The notes below the pieces were generated by a model. It worked only from the letters and a program-made list of their open reading frames with translations, was not told the origin of the DNA and did not search any database. Positions 18,329-26,620 of a DNA stretch of 26,620 nt are shown one piece after another. Positions within the stretch are counted from its first letter, which is position 1. The number at the start of each line of letters is the position of its first letter. The position numbers and the translations under genes were made by a program. The DNA is from Thermoproteota archaeon (lineage in GTDB: Archaea; Korarchaeota; Korarchaeia; Korarchaeales; Korarchaeaceae), in assembly GCA_015522685.1 (NCBI GenBank), contig WALU01000019.1, positions 1 through 26,620 of the forward strand, given 5' to 3'.

Positions 18329-19021
18329 TCACCTCAATATTATCCTTGCATCGACGACCTTAAGACCATCTGGATATGCTATGACAGGATTTAAATCCAT
18401 CTCTGCAATCTCATCACTATCCAATCCTATCTGACCAGCCCTTATTAGAGTATCTTTAAGAGCATTTAAATCAACTGGCTTCATTCCTCTAAAGCCAGTC
18501 AGTAGCTTATAAGCCTTAATTTCTTTTATCATCGAATCGGCATCCATTTCTACGAGAGGAGCAACTCGAAAAGAGATATCTTTATAAACCTCCACAAAAA
18601 TTCCTCCTAAACCAAACATTACTGTAGGCCCAAATTGAGGATCTCTTATGAGACCTATTATCAGTTCAAGGCCTGGGGGAGCAAATTCTTGGACAAGTAC
18701 ACCAACTATCCTGGCATTCGGAGCATTCTCCTTAACAGAGTTTACTATCGATTTATAAGCATTCTCCACTTCCTCCTCACTCTTAAGGTTGACTTTAACT
18801 CCACCGACATCGCTCTTATGAATAACTTCCGGAGAAACTATCTTGAGTACGACAGGATATCCTATCTCGTTAGCAGCCCTTACAGCATCTTCCTCGCTTT
18901 CGGCAACTTTTACTTTTGTAGTAGGTATGCCGTAGTGAGAAATCAAAGATTTAGCCTCATGTTCTAGTAGGAGCTTCCTGCCCTTCTCCTTGGCATGGGC
19001 TATTATCTCACTCGGATTCAA
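18329..19021 (-). CDS. acdB: Acetate--CoA ligase (ADP-forming) beta subunit
   Basis: LLEHEAK, GYPVVLKIVSP, HKSDVGGV, DPQFGPTVMFGLGGIFVE, EMDLNP, VDARI. TTG start after GGTGA. Confidence 0.93.
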   Translation of the reverse strand: MNPSEIIAHAKEKGRKLLLEHEAKSLISHYGIPTTKVKVAESEEDAVRAANEIGYPVVLKIVSPEVIHKSDVGGVKVNLKSEEEVENAYKSIVNSVKENAPNARIVGVLVQEFAPPGLELIIGLIRDPQFGPTVMFGLGGIFVEVYKDISFRVAPLVEMDADSMIKEIKAYKLLTGFRGMKPVDLNALKDTLIRAGQIGLDSDEIAEMDLNPVIAYPDGLKVVDARIILR

Positions 19022-19099
19022 TAAATCACCCTAAAGAAACATCAGCCTTAAGTTAAAAATCGTTACATGTTACATACTACAATGTTTTCTCGCTTTATT

Positions 19100-20377
19100 T
19101 TATAATCTCCATAAACTCTTCCTAATTCTCTTTAGTTTTAAAACGCTCTTAGAAATTCTCTTTTTAGTTTTCCTCTCTCTAGGCTTCTCTATCTCTTCTT
19201 TCTCTTTCTCCTCTGGCATAAGAGCTGCTCTTAAATACTCTTTAGGCACAAAATATCTACCAGATCTATCCTTCTCTAGTAAACCTGTAACTACAAGGGC
19301 TTCTAATCGAGAATAAGCTAATGAAATAGGTATTTCTGACTCTATTGCAACTTTCTCAAGTCCTATAGGACCTCCATTGAATGATTTCAATATTATCTCA
19401 AGCTCCCTCCTCATCTTCTGCGGGGCTTTCTTTAAATATTCCATTGTCTCCTTATCTGCATCTAGCACCTTATCAAAGACATACATGTCAACTTTATTCC
19501 TACTCAGTATAACCGCTACGTCTAAGCTCTTAGATAACAGATTCAGGAGCTTTGATGGATTTCCTTCTGCTATTCTATTGGCTGATATTATAACCTCCTC
19601 AGTAAGTGGGTCTAAAGGAGATTCCGGTTCTCTAGCCCTAAATCTGCTTAGCCTCCTCGATACCAAGCTTATAGCTTCCTCATCGGTTAGAGGAGGTAGT
19701 GATATTCTCTCATGAACCCTAGATGTTAACGCAGGAAATCTCTTATCCAACTCTTCATAGGATTCATCGCTCATTGCCATAACAACAAGTATACCTTCAG
19801 GCATTAATGATACAGCTTCCCTAATCATTTCAAAGAAGAAGAAGGACCATCTTTCATCAGCATACATCATATTATGAACATCATCAAGCAAGAGGGCGGA
19901 GGGAGCTATAGAATCTAATGCCTTAACTATCATTCTACCGGCGTCGGCAGGAGAGGATTTCAATCGAATCAGCTCCTCATCTGTTAAGCTTTCTGGCATT
20001 CCAAGTAGGACTTTCTTTAATGCTTTAGCTACACTCCTTGATCTCTCATAGGATGAGATTAGTATACTATCTACGATATCTGGCCCTTCCACAACAGATA
20101 CTTCCTGATATATAGCCTCTAGATCTGCTCTGGTATAAGAATAATTCAGTAGGTGAAGTCTTAAGCTCCTACCTGAGCCAGGTGGTCCGGTTAAAGCAAC
20201 AAAAGCAGATGCGACACCAGACATAGCCTCAGCAGCGAGTGAGTCTAATACATCATCTACCCACTGTTTATTGAATACAGCATCGGGATCTTCAAGTTCT
20301 ATTATAGAAGACCTTATAAATGGATTGCGATGAAGTCCTAAGAGCCTGTAGTATTGGCTGGGGCTTGCGGTAGACAA
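19100..20377 (-). CDS. Orphan AAA+ ATPase-like protein with C-terminal winged helix and basic tail
   Basis: Walker A-like GPPGSGRS, Walker B LLLDDVH, PALTSRV, LPPLT, EGNP lid motif, winged helix FNGGPIGLEKVA...GLLEKDRSGRY. Confidence 0.8.
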   Translation of the reverse strand: MSTASPSQYYRLLGLHRNPFIRSSIIELEDPDAVFNKQWVDDVLDSLAAEAMSGVASAFVALTGPPGSGRSLRLHLLNYSYTRADLEAIYQEVSVVEGPDIVDSILISSYERSRSVAKALKKVLLGMPESLTDEELIRLKSSPADAGRMIVKALDSIAPSALLLDDVHNMMYADERWSFFFFEMIREAVSLMPEGILVVMAMSDESYEELDKRFPALTSRVHERISLPPLTDEEAISLVSRRLSRFRAREPESPLDPLTEEVIISANRIAEGNPSKLLNLLSKSLDVAVILSRNKVDMYVFDKVLDADKETMEYLKKAPQKMRRELEIILKSFNGGPIGLEKVAIESEIPISLAYSRLEALVVTGLLEKDRSGRYFVPKEYLRAALMPEEKEKEEIEKPRERKTKKRISKSVLKLKRIRKSLWRL

Positions 20378-20656
20378 TCTCTATCATCTCCTAATTTCTC
20401 AACTATCCTTCTCTTAAAAAAGGATTCTTTAATAGTACTTCTAACTTTAAATAGACATGACCATAAAATTGCACCTAACTTTATTCATCTCCCAGTAAAT
20501 CGCTTGATCAGTTTGCTGGCTTTTACAAACTTTATATTACGACCGCTCCATGGGATATAAAGTCCTATACTTCGTAGGTTGGCGATGGCATGCTTGATAA
20601 ATCCTCAATCTTTTTAACTCCAATGTGAAGGAACCCATGACGGTAGGTGATGAAAT

Positions 20657-22876
20657 TTGCAGAAGTACAAGAAGGTTATAGAACATCTGCAGGAGCTTAT
20701 GAAAGATCCTAGAAACATAAAGAACATAGGCATTATTGCTCATGTTGATCACGGCAAGACGACCCTATCTGACAACTTACTATCCGCTGCCGGTATGATA
20801 AGCGACAAAATGGCTGGTGAGATGAGGGCTCTTGACTATAACGAAATAGAACAGGCACGAGGCATCACGATAAAAGCAGCTAACATATCACTCTACTATC
20901 AAAAGGATGGAAAAGAGCATGTGATAAATCTGGTCGATACTCCAGGCCATATAGATTTCACCGGTCATGTGACCAGATCTCTAAGGGTAATAGACGGTGC
21001 AATAGTAGTAGTTGATTCTGTAGAGGAAGTTATGGTTCAAACGGAGACTGTAACCAGACAGGCTTTGGAGGAAAGAGTAAGGCCTCTTCTCTTTATCAAC
21101 AAAGTTGATAGGCTCATAAAAGAACTGAAACTAAGCCCTCAAGAAGTGCAACAGAAGATCCTTAGGATAATAAGGGAGTTTAACAACTTGATAGATGCAT
21201 ATGCAGAGCCTGAGTTTAAGGATAAATGGAAGGTTAGGTGGGACAACGATAGTGTTGCTTTCGGATCGGCTCTTCATGGGTGGGGACTTACCAATTCTAT
21301 TACAATGCAGAGAGGTATCAGATTCTCAGATATAGTTAACTCTTATGCAGAAGATCCAGATGGTGTTATATTAAGAAAACAGCTTCCAGTTCATGAAGCC
21401 TTGCTGGATATGGTAACACTTCATGTCCCAAGTCCGGTCGAGGCCCAGCCTTATAGGGTGGATAGACTCTGGAAGGATAAGCATGATAAGGGGATCATAA
21501 AAGCTCTCTCATCATGCGATCCCAATGGCCCTTTGATAGTGGGAATTAATGCTGTCAAGATAGATCCTCATGCTGGAGTCGTTGTATCTGGTAGAGTCTT
21601 TAGCGGTACTCTTAGAGAGGGCGAGGAGGTATATCTGCTGAACGCAAAAAAGAAGCAGAAAATACAGCAGACCAGCATATATATGGGCCCATATAGGATG
21701 AGAATGGAGGAAATACCTGCTGGAAATATAGCAGCTATCCTTGGCTTAACATCAGCAAGCTCTGGAGAAACTGTTATAACTTCTGAAATAAAGGATAGGG
21801 TTATGCAGGGGTTTGAGGCCATAAGATATGTAACTGAACCTGTTGTCACCGTGGCAGTAGAGGCAAAGAATCCACAGGATCTTCCCAAGCTTATAGATAC
21901 CTTAAGAAAGCTAACACTTCAAGATCCTAATCTAGTAATGCTCCATAATCAGGAAACTGGCGAAATCCTCCTGAAAGGCACAGGAGAGCTTCATCTGGAG
22001 ATCTCATTATATGAGGTAAGGAAAGCAGGACTAGAATTTGACGTTAGTGAGCCTACTGTAGTCTATAGAGAGAGCATCAAGGGATACAGTGATGTGATAT
22101 TGGCTAAATCGCCGAATAAGCTAAACAGACTATGGGCCACAGCATCACCCCTTAATGAGAAGGTGATAGAGCTGATCAGAGAGAGGAAAATTAACGAGAG
22201 AATGGACAGTAGAAGCATAGCAAAGATACTAAGGGAAGAGGGTGGTATGGAGACTGATGATGCTAGAAACGTTTGGAAAATAGATGAGGATAGCTATAAT
22301 CTCTTCATAAATAAGACTGTTGGAGTGCAGAGATTGGATGAGGTCAGGGAGATACTAAAACAGGGTTTCATGTGGGTCATGAGGGAAGGACCTTTGGCTG
22401 GTGAACCAGTCATGGGTGTCGCAATAAGACTTGTTAATGCAATGATCCATGAGGATCCAGCCCATAGAGGACCAGCTCAATTAACTCCTGCTATAAGGAG
22501 ATCAATATTTGGCGCCATGCTTAGTGCTGACCCCGTTCTTCTAGAGCCTATATACGAGATACAGGTATCCACACCACCTGAACTTATAGGATCTGTAATC
22601 TCTCTCATATCGCAGAAGAGAGGAAAGATATTGGGCGTAGAAGAGAGGGGAAGAATAAGCATAGTTAAGGGATTCATACCTGTAAGAGAGACCCTAGGAG
22701 GATTCAGCAATGAGATGAGAAGCATCACCAGCGGCAGAGCCTTCTGGCAGACTAAGTTCTCTCATTGGGAGCCATTGCCGAAGAGCCTCATGGAACAGGT
22801 CATAATGGAGATAAGAAGGAGGAAAGGAATGAAAGAGGAGATACCCAAAGCAGAGGAGTATATGGACACCCTCTAA
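20657..22876 (+). CDS. fusA: Translation elongation factor 2 (aEF-2)
   Basis: AHVDHGKT, RGITI, DTPGH, NKVD, GELHLE, diphthamide loop HEDPAHRG. TTG start after AGGTGA. Confidence 0.98.
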   Translation: MQKYKKVIEHLQELMKDPRNIKNIGIIAHVDHGKTTLSDNLLSAAGMISDKMAGEMRALDYNEIEQARGITIKAANISLYYQKDGKEHVINLVDTPGHIDFTGHVTRSLRVIDGAIVVVDSVEEVMVQTETVTRQALEERVRPLLFINKVDRLIKELKLSPQEVQQKILRIIREFNNLIDAYAEPEFKDKWKVRWDNDSVAFGSALHGWGLTNSITMQRGIRFSDIVNSYAEDPDGVILRKQLPVHEALLDMVTLHVPSPVEAQPYRVDRLWKDKHDKGIIKALSSCDPNGPLIVGINAVKIDPHAGVVVSGRVFSGTLREGEEVYLLNAKKKQKIQQTSIYMGPYRMRMEEIPAGNIAAILGLTSASSGETVITSEIKDRVMQGFEAIRYVTEPVVTVAVEAKNPQDLPKLIDTLRKLTLQDPNLVMLHNQETGEILLKGTGELHLEISLYEVRKAGLEFDVSEPTVVYRESIKGYSDVILAKSPNKLNRLWATASPLNEKVIELIRERKINERMDSRSIAKILREEGGMETDDARNVWKIDEDSYNLFINKTVGVQRLDEVREILKQGFMWVMREGPLAGEPVMGVAIRLVNAMIHEDPAHRGPAQLTPAIRRSIFGAMLSADPVLLEPIYEIQVSTPPELIGSVISLISQKRGKILGVEERGRISIVKGFIPVRETLGGFSNEMRSITSGRAFWQTKFSHWEPLPKSLMEQVIMEIRRRKGMKEEIPKAEEYMDTL

Positions 22877-22894
22877 ACTAGATATTTCCTCCTT

Positions 22895-23449
22895 TCATCT
22901 ATTTTTGAAGAATATATCAGTCCTTTCGATAGCTGTTAAATAACTTAGGAGGACTATAAGCACCAATCCTGCCTCTACATATCCAGATAAGCAGAATAGA
23001 GCTGCTAATATTATCCTCTCTGCTCTACCTACCAAACTATACTGCGTTCCTCTAATACCCAAAGATTCAGCCTTCGCTCTGATATAGCTCACTAGCATTG
23101 ATGCATGTATAGCTAAAGCTCCTGCCAATAGATCTCCTGAGCAGATCCCCATTCCTATTAAGATAAGTCCATCCTCTACTCTATCCACTACAGAATCTAG
23201 AAAAGAACCAATCATACCAGCCTCGCCCATTTTGCGGGCCACAGCCCCATCTAGCATATCAAAGAACCCAGCTACTAGAATAAGGAGACCTCCTAGGAAT
23301 CTACCCCTTATATACAATGCATAGAAAGCTAGTATAGAGAAGACAAGCCCTGACATAGTCACAGCATTAGCATTTATCCCTAGAGCAATGACCTTTCCAG
23401 CTATTCTATCCATTAAACTGGAAATGCTTTCCCTAAATACCTCCAGCAT
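22895..23449 (-). CDS. CDP-alcohol phosphatidyltransferase (archaetidylinositol phosphate synthase-like)
   Basis: FDMLDGAVAR...GSFLDSVVDR signature, SYIRAKAE, GRAER, multiple TM helices. Confidence 0.92.
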   Translation of the reverse strand: MLEVFRESISSLMDRIAGKVIALGINANAVTMSGLVFSILAFYALYIRGRFLGGLLILVAGFFDMLDGAVARKMGEAGMIGSFLDSVVDRVEDGLILIGMGICSGDLLAGALAIHASMLVSYIRAKAESLGIRGTQYSLVGRAERIILAALFCLSGYVEAGLVLIVLLSYLTAIERTDIFFKNR

Positions 23450-23514
23450 TACAAGGCACCTTTTTCCATCAAAATGTAAGTGATCTTTTTTATCTTTATC
23501 TGAGGATTAACTGG

Positions 23515-24228
23515 ATGCCAGATCTCATATTAATCCTGATGGAACCGGAAAAGGCGGATAATGTCGGTATGATTGCTAGAGCCATGAAGAACTTTGGCTT
23601 TAAGAGTCTTAGGATCGTTAGGCCCATGTTCGAATCTTTCGATAGGGCGCTAGCTGCCGCTATGCATGCTAAGGATGTTGTGGAGAATGCTGAGGTGCTC
23701 ACTACTCTAGAAGAGGCAAGAGAAAAAATAGATCTCATGATAGGAACTACGGCTAGGGTAAGCAAGTACTCATTGGATAGGAGAGCTATTCCCATAAGGG
23801 ATCTGATTAAAGAGCTTAGGTGGGATGCTGTTTATGGAGTATTAATGGGTCGCGAGTCTATAGGACTAACCACGGAGGAATTAGCCTACTGCGATGTGAT
23901 AGCTACTATTCCATCCAGCAATGAATATCCCGCACTGAACTTAGCGAATGCAGCCTCTATTCTCCTCTATGAATTCTTTCTAGCCTTTAATAATCCTCTA
24001 AGGTTTAGAGAAAGGCCCGTTTCTAGAGAATTGAGGAATTTAATGCTTAAATATATAAAAGATATATTAGAAGCTCTTGATTTAGCGGAGCATAAGAAGG
24101 AAAGAGCGCTTCCCTTGATGAGGAAGATCGTAGAGAGAACTTTCCCCTGCGGTGTATCAAGTAATGAAGCTATGTATCTAGTAGGGATTATAAAGGCAAT
24201 TAGGGAGAAGTTGATGAAGGTGGTATGA
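23515..24228 (+). CDS. trmJ: SPOUT tRNA (C32/U32) 2'-O-methyltransferase TrmJ/LasT family
   Basis: EP...NVGMIARAMKNFG, GTTAR, GRESIGLT.EEL, YPALNLANA. Confidence 0.9.
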   Translation: MPDLILILMEPEKADNVGMIARAMKNFGFKSLRIVRPMFESFDRALAAAMHAKDVVENAEVLTTLEEAREKIDLMIGTTARVSKYSLDRRAIPIRDLIKELRWDAVYGVLMGRESIGLTTEELAYCDVIATIPSSNEYPALNLANAASILLYEFFLAFNNPLRFRERPVSRELRNLMLKYIKDILEALDLAEHKKERALPLMRKIVERTFPCGVSSNEAMYLVGIIKAIREKLMKVV

Positions 24229-24229
24229 T

Positions 24230-24769
24230 ATGTCTCTGAGACCAGCTAGAAGTTATAGGGCATTACAGAGGCCCTATACGAGGAAGAAATATATCAAGAG
24301 CTTGCCCTATAGCAAGATAAACAAATTTGATCATGGAAATATTCATGGGAGTTTCAACTATGAAGTTAGACTTGTTGCTAATGCTGGCTTTCAGGTCAGA
24401 AGCAACGCGCTTGAATCTGCCAGAATGACTATATTAGCTCAGCTTAGAAAGAAATTACCATCTGATGAATACTACTTCTTCAAAGTAGTTCCCTATCCGC
24501 ATCATATACTAAGGAAGCACGCCATGGCTGGTGTTCATAAAGCGGAAAGATTGCAGAAAGGTATGAGGCTCTCCTATGGAAAACCTGATGGCAGAGCAGC
24601 TCAAATAAGGAGAGAAGATACTATCCTCTTTCTAAGAGTTAACAAAGACTACTTAGATATAGCTAGGTACTGTGTAAAACTGGCGAAGCTAAAGATACCT
24701 CACATGACTAGGGTGGAAGTGGTCAAACTGGATGATAAGGTCGAATCCCAGGAGCAAGAAGGAGCTTGA
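24230..24769 (+). CDS. rpl10e: 50S ribosomal protein uL16 (L10e)
   Basis: RPARSYR, PYTRKKYI, ALESAR, YPHHILR, GMRLSYGKP.GRAA. Confidence 0.97.
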   Translation: MSLRPARSYRALQRPYTRKKYIKSLPYSKINKFDHGNIHGSFNYEVRLVANAGFQVRSNALESARMTILAQLRKKLPSDEYYFFKVVPYPHHILRKHAMAGVHKAERLQKGMRLSYGKPDGRAAQIRREDTILFLRVNKDYLDIARYCVKLAKLKIPHMTRVEVVKLDDKVESQEQEGA

Positions 24770-25358
24770 GATAGCGCTACAGCAGCTGATGGTATTGAAA
24801 GATCCTAAACCAAGTTTAGAGCAATACAGTACTCCACCAGACCTCGCTGCATCCGTCATCCATCTTGCTTGGATAATGGGTGATCTAGAACAAAAGAAAG
24901 TCGTTGATTTGGGATGTGGAAATGGTATCCTAGCCATTGGCTCGGTACTCTATGGGGCAAAAGGATCTATCGGAATAGATATAGACCCTGAAGCAGTGAG
25001 TACTGCAGAAAAGAATGCAGAGATGCTTAAAGTTCAAGATAGGACTAAATTCTTAGTTATGGATGTAGAAGAATTTCGGGGTAGCTTCAATATTACTATC
25101 CAAAATCCACCCTTTGGTATGGTCAAAAGGCACATAGATCTTAAGTTTTTAGATAAGGCTCTTCAAGTTTCTAAAGTAGTATATTCTATACATGTGGCAG
25201 GCAATTCCAAGTTCCTAGCTGAATTCTCCTCTAAGAGAAGAGCAAGGCTCACTCATGTTGAGAAATTGCCCTTCCCCCTGAAGAGAATATTTCGCTATCA
25301 TAAGAAGAGCTTGGTTAGTATACCAGTTGAGATATTGAGATTTGAGGTGATATTGTGA
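24732..25358 (+). CDS. METTL5-family RNA N6-adenine methyltransferase (COG2263)
   Basis: LEQYSTP, DLGCGNG, NPPFG, VYSIH, YHKK. Confidence 0.92.
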   Translation: MIRSNPRSKKELEIALQQLMVLKDPKPSLEQYSTPPDLAASVIHLAWIMGDLEQKKVVDLGCGNGILAIGSVLYGAKGSIGIDIDPEAVSTAEKNAEMLKVQDRTKFLVMDVEEFRGSFNITIQNPPFGMVKRHIDLKFLDKALQVSKVVYSIHVAGNSKFLAEFSSKRRARLTHVEKLPFPLKRIFRYHKKSLVSIPVEILRFEVIL

Positions 25359-25942
25359 AGAGAAAGGTAGTTGTCCCCGGAGAGAAATTAGGGGTTGTTG
25401 AGGAATTCATCCCTAATAAGGGCATAAGGGAGGAGGAAGGAAATCTTTACTCCCTTTATCTAGGAACTCTACAGGAAAAAGATGTAAATTTATCGGTTAT
25501 ACCGTTTAAGAGACCAATACTGCCTATAAGGCCTGGAGAGACAGCACTCGGGGAAATAAGAAGCGCTGATAGGCATACATATACTGTACATCTAGTAGCA
25601 TTGATAAAACCTAGGAGGGCCTTGCTAAATCCTCCTGTTCAAGCGGTCATGTCTAAGAGGCCCCCCAACCTAGGGGTCAGGCCTAGCGATATAGTACTTG
25701 TTAAAATAAATTCAACTAATAATAGCTTAATTACTGTGACTATGGGAGGCTCTCCTGAGTTAGGAGTCATTCTTGGCTTCTGTCCGATATGTGGAGCACC
25801 TTTAAGGAAGGGAGTAGGCTACACTCTCGTCTGCAATAATTGTGGTAAGATATATTTAGACAAGAGGATAAGTAGCAAGTATGGCTGGAACCCCTTCAAG
25901 GAAGGGATGATAAGATATGCCAAGAAGCAATCTACCCGATAA
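25355..25942 (+). CDS. csl4: Exosome RNA-binding subunit Csl4
   Basis: VVPGEKLGVVEEF, S1-like core, LGVI..CPICG...CNNCG Zn ribbon; conserved context before DUF2067-rpoL. Confidence 0.9.
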   Translation: MKRKVVVPGEKLGVVEEFIPNKGIREEEGNLYSLYLGTLQEKDVNLSVIPFKRPILPIRPGETALGEIRSADRHTYTVHLVALIKPRRALLNPPVQAVMSKRPPNLGVRPSDIVLVKINSTNNSLITVTMGGSPELGVILGFCPICGAPLRKGVGYTLVCNNCGKIYLDKRISSKYGWNPFKEGMIRYAKKQSTR

Positions 25943-26549
25943 GAGAAGTATCACCCTTTCCCTAAATGATGGTGAGCTGGAAGATTTCCTCGAATATTTA
26001 GACAAGAGGATGGAAGGTCGTGATTATTCTTATAAATATCTAGCGGGATCAGGCTTGAAAGTAACATTCTTTGGAACAAGAGAAGAAAATAAATCGGCTG
26101 AAAGTTTAGTTAGAAGAACTTACAGGAATTTCAAGATTGTTAGGAGCCTCTCTGGAGGATTACATAGATATCCATCTGAGTGGCTCATGGAGCATGGAGG
26201 AGTTTCTATGAGTCTTTTGGCTCTCTCCCTGAGAGGAGCTGGCCTATCTGCATCTTGGAAAAAAGATCTCCTTTACACAGAGCTCGAACCCAATGAAATA
26301 ATAGGCTTAATGTCTGAGCTGAGGACCATGGTCAATGAGATGAAGTACGAAATAAGGCAGAGAAAAGCTAGAGAGGTAGTAATAGCGGCCGCTATAAATT
26401 CAGGTGCCTCACCATTCGAAGTATTGGACGTGGCTGAGGAGGAAGGATTATTAGAAAGAGATGAAGATGGCATCTGGTGGTTTAGGGCAGATCCCAAACT
26501 TGTAATGGATACCTTGATAAGGAAGTTTGCTCAACTAGAGGTGAAATAA
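25917..26549 (+). CDS. DUF2067-family protein
   Basis: Position between csl4 and rpoL, typical size, ELEDFLEYL N-terminus. Confidence 0.75.
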   Translation: MPRSNLPDKRSITLSLNDGELEDFLEYLDKRMEGRDYSYKYLAGSGLKVTFFGTREENKSAESLVRRTYRNFKIVRSLSGGLHRYPSEWLMEHGGVSMSLLALSLRGAGLSASWKKDLLYTELEPNEIIGLMSELRTMVNEMKYEIRQRKAREVVIAAAINSGASPFEVLDVAEEEGLLERDEDGIWWFRADPKLVMDTLIRKFAQLEVK

Positions 26550-26550
26550 T

Positions 26551-26620
26551 ATGGAAGTTAAGGTAGAGGATGTTACACCCAACGAGATAAGGGTGATCAT
26601 AGAAGGAGAGACCTATACAT
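26551..26620 (+). CDS. rpoL: RNA polymerase subunit Rpo11 (RpoL), 5' part, truncated by the window edge
   Basis: MEVKVEDVTPNEIRVIIEGETYT resembles the RpoL IEGExHT motif; GAGGTGA SD; canonical synteny. Absent from the ORF track. Confidence 0.85.
   Translation, partial: MEVKVEDVTPNEIRVIIEGETYT

Noticed and set aside
20581-20646. Fluoride riboswitch-like start GGCGATGG...ATAAA...ATGAC
   Set aside because: No UCGCC partner for P1, no pseudoknot complement, and the downstream gene is EF-2.
814-26497. Antisense or overlapping ORFs in the track (e.g. 1891-2523, 3763-4131, 6609-6983, 10235-10579, 16660-17001, 17234-17569, 19377-19715, 21568-21888, 23496-23795)
   Set aside because: Shadows of well-supported genes on the opposite strand, with Ser/Ile/Pro/Phe-biased composition and no motifs.

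Overview
Archaeal chromosomal window, AT-rich, with GGTGA/GGAGG Shine-Dalgarno motifs and several TTG/GTG starts. A Korarchaeota/TACK-like origin is my inference from gene content and style. Most of it is housekeeping or metabolic: PLP aminotransferase, split class I fumarate hydratase, COG2509 flavoprotein, COG1407 phosphoesterase, SWIM Zn-finger, COG1709 HTH regulator, TIP49/RuvB-like AAA+, a secreted S-layer-domain protein, a tRNA-binding OB-fold protein, ProC, a PRC-barrel protein, ACD beta subunit, EF-2, a CDP-alcohol phosphatidyltransferase, and the trmJ-rpl10e-METTL5-csl4-DUF2067-rpoL run. I found no tRNA, rRNA, CRISPR array or intact mobile element. The least ordinary items are: (i) an orphan AAA+ protein with an ExeA-like N-terminus, degenerate ATPase motifs and a RuvB-type GGPIGL winged helix; (ii) a small linker-histone-like protein (Lys/Arg tail plus winged helix); (iii) a PAPS-reductase/DndC-family ferredoxin fusion coupled to a membrane-anchored D-glucuronyl C5-epimerase; (iv) an eroded PIN/DUF3368 gene paired with a membrane protein in a low-density AT-rich island. 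All family calls are from motif recognition by eye, not database searches.
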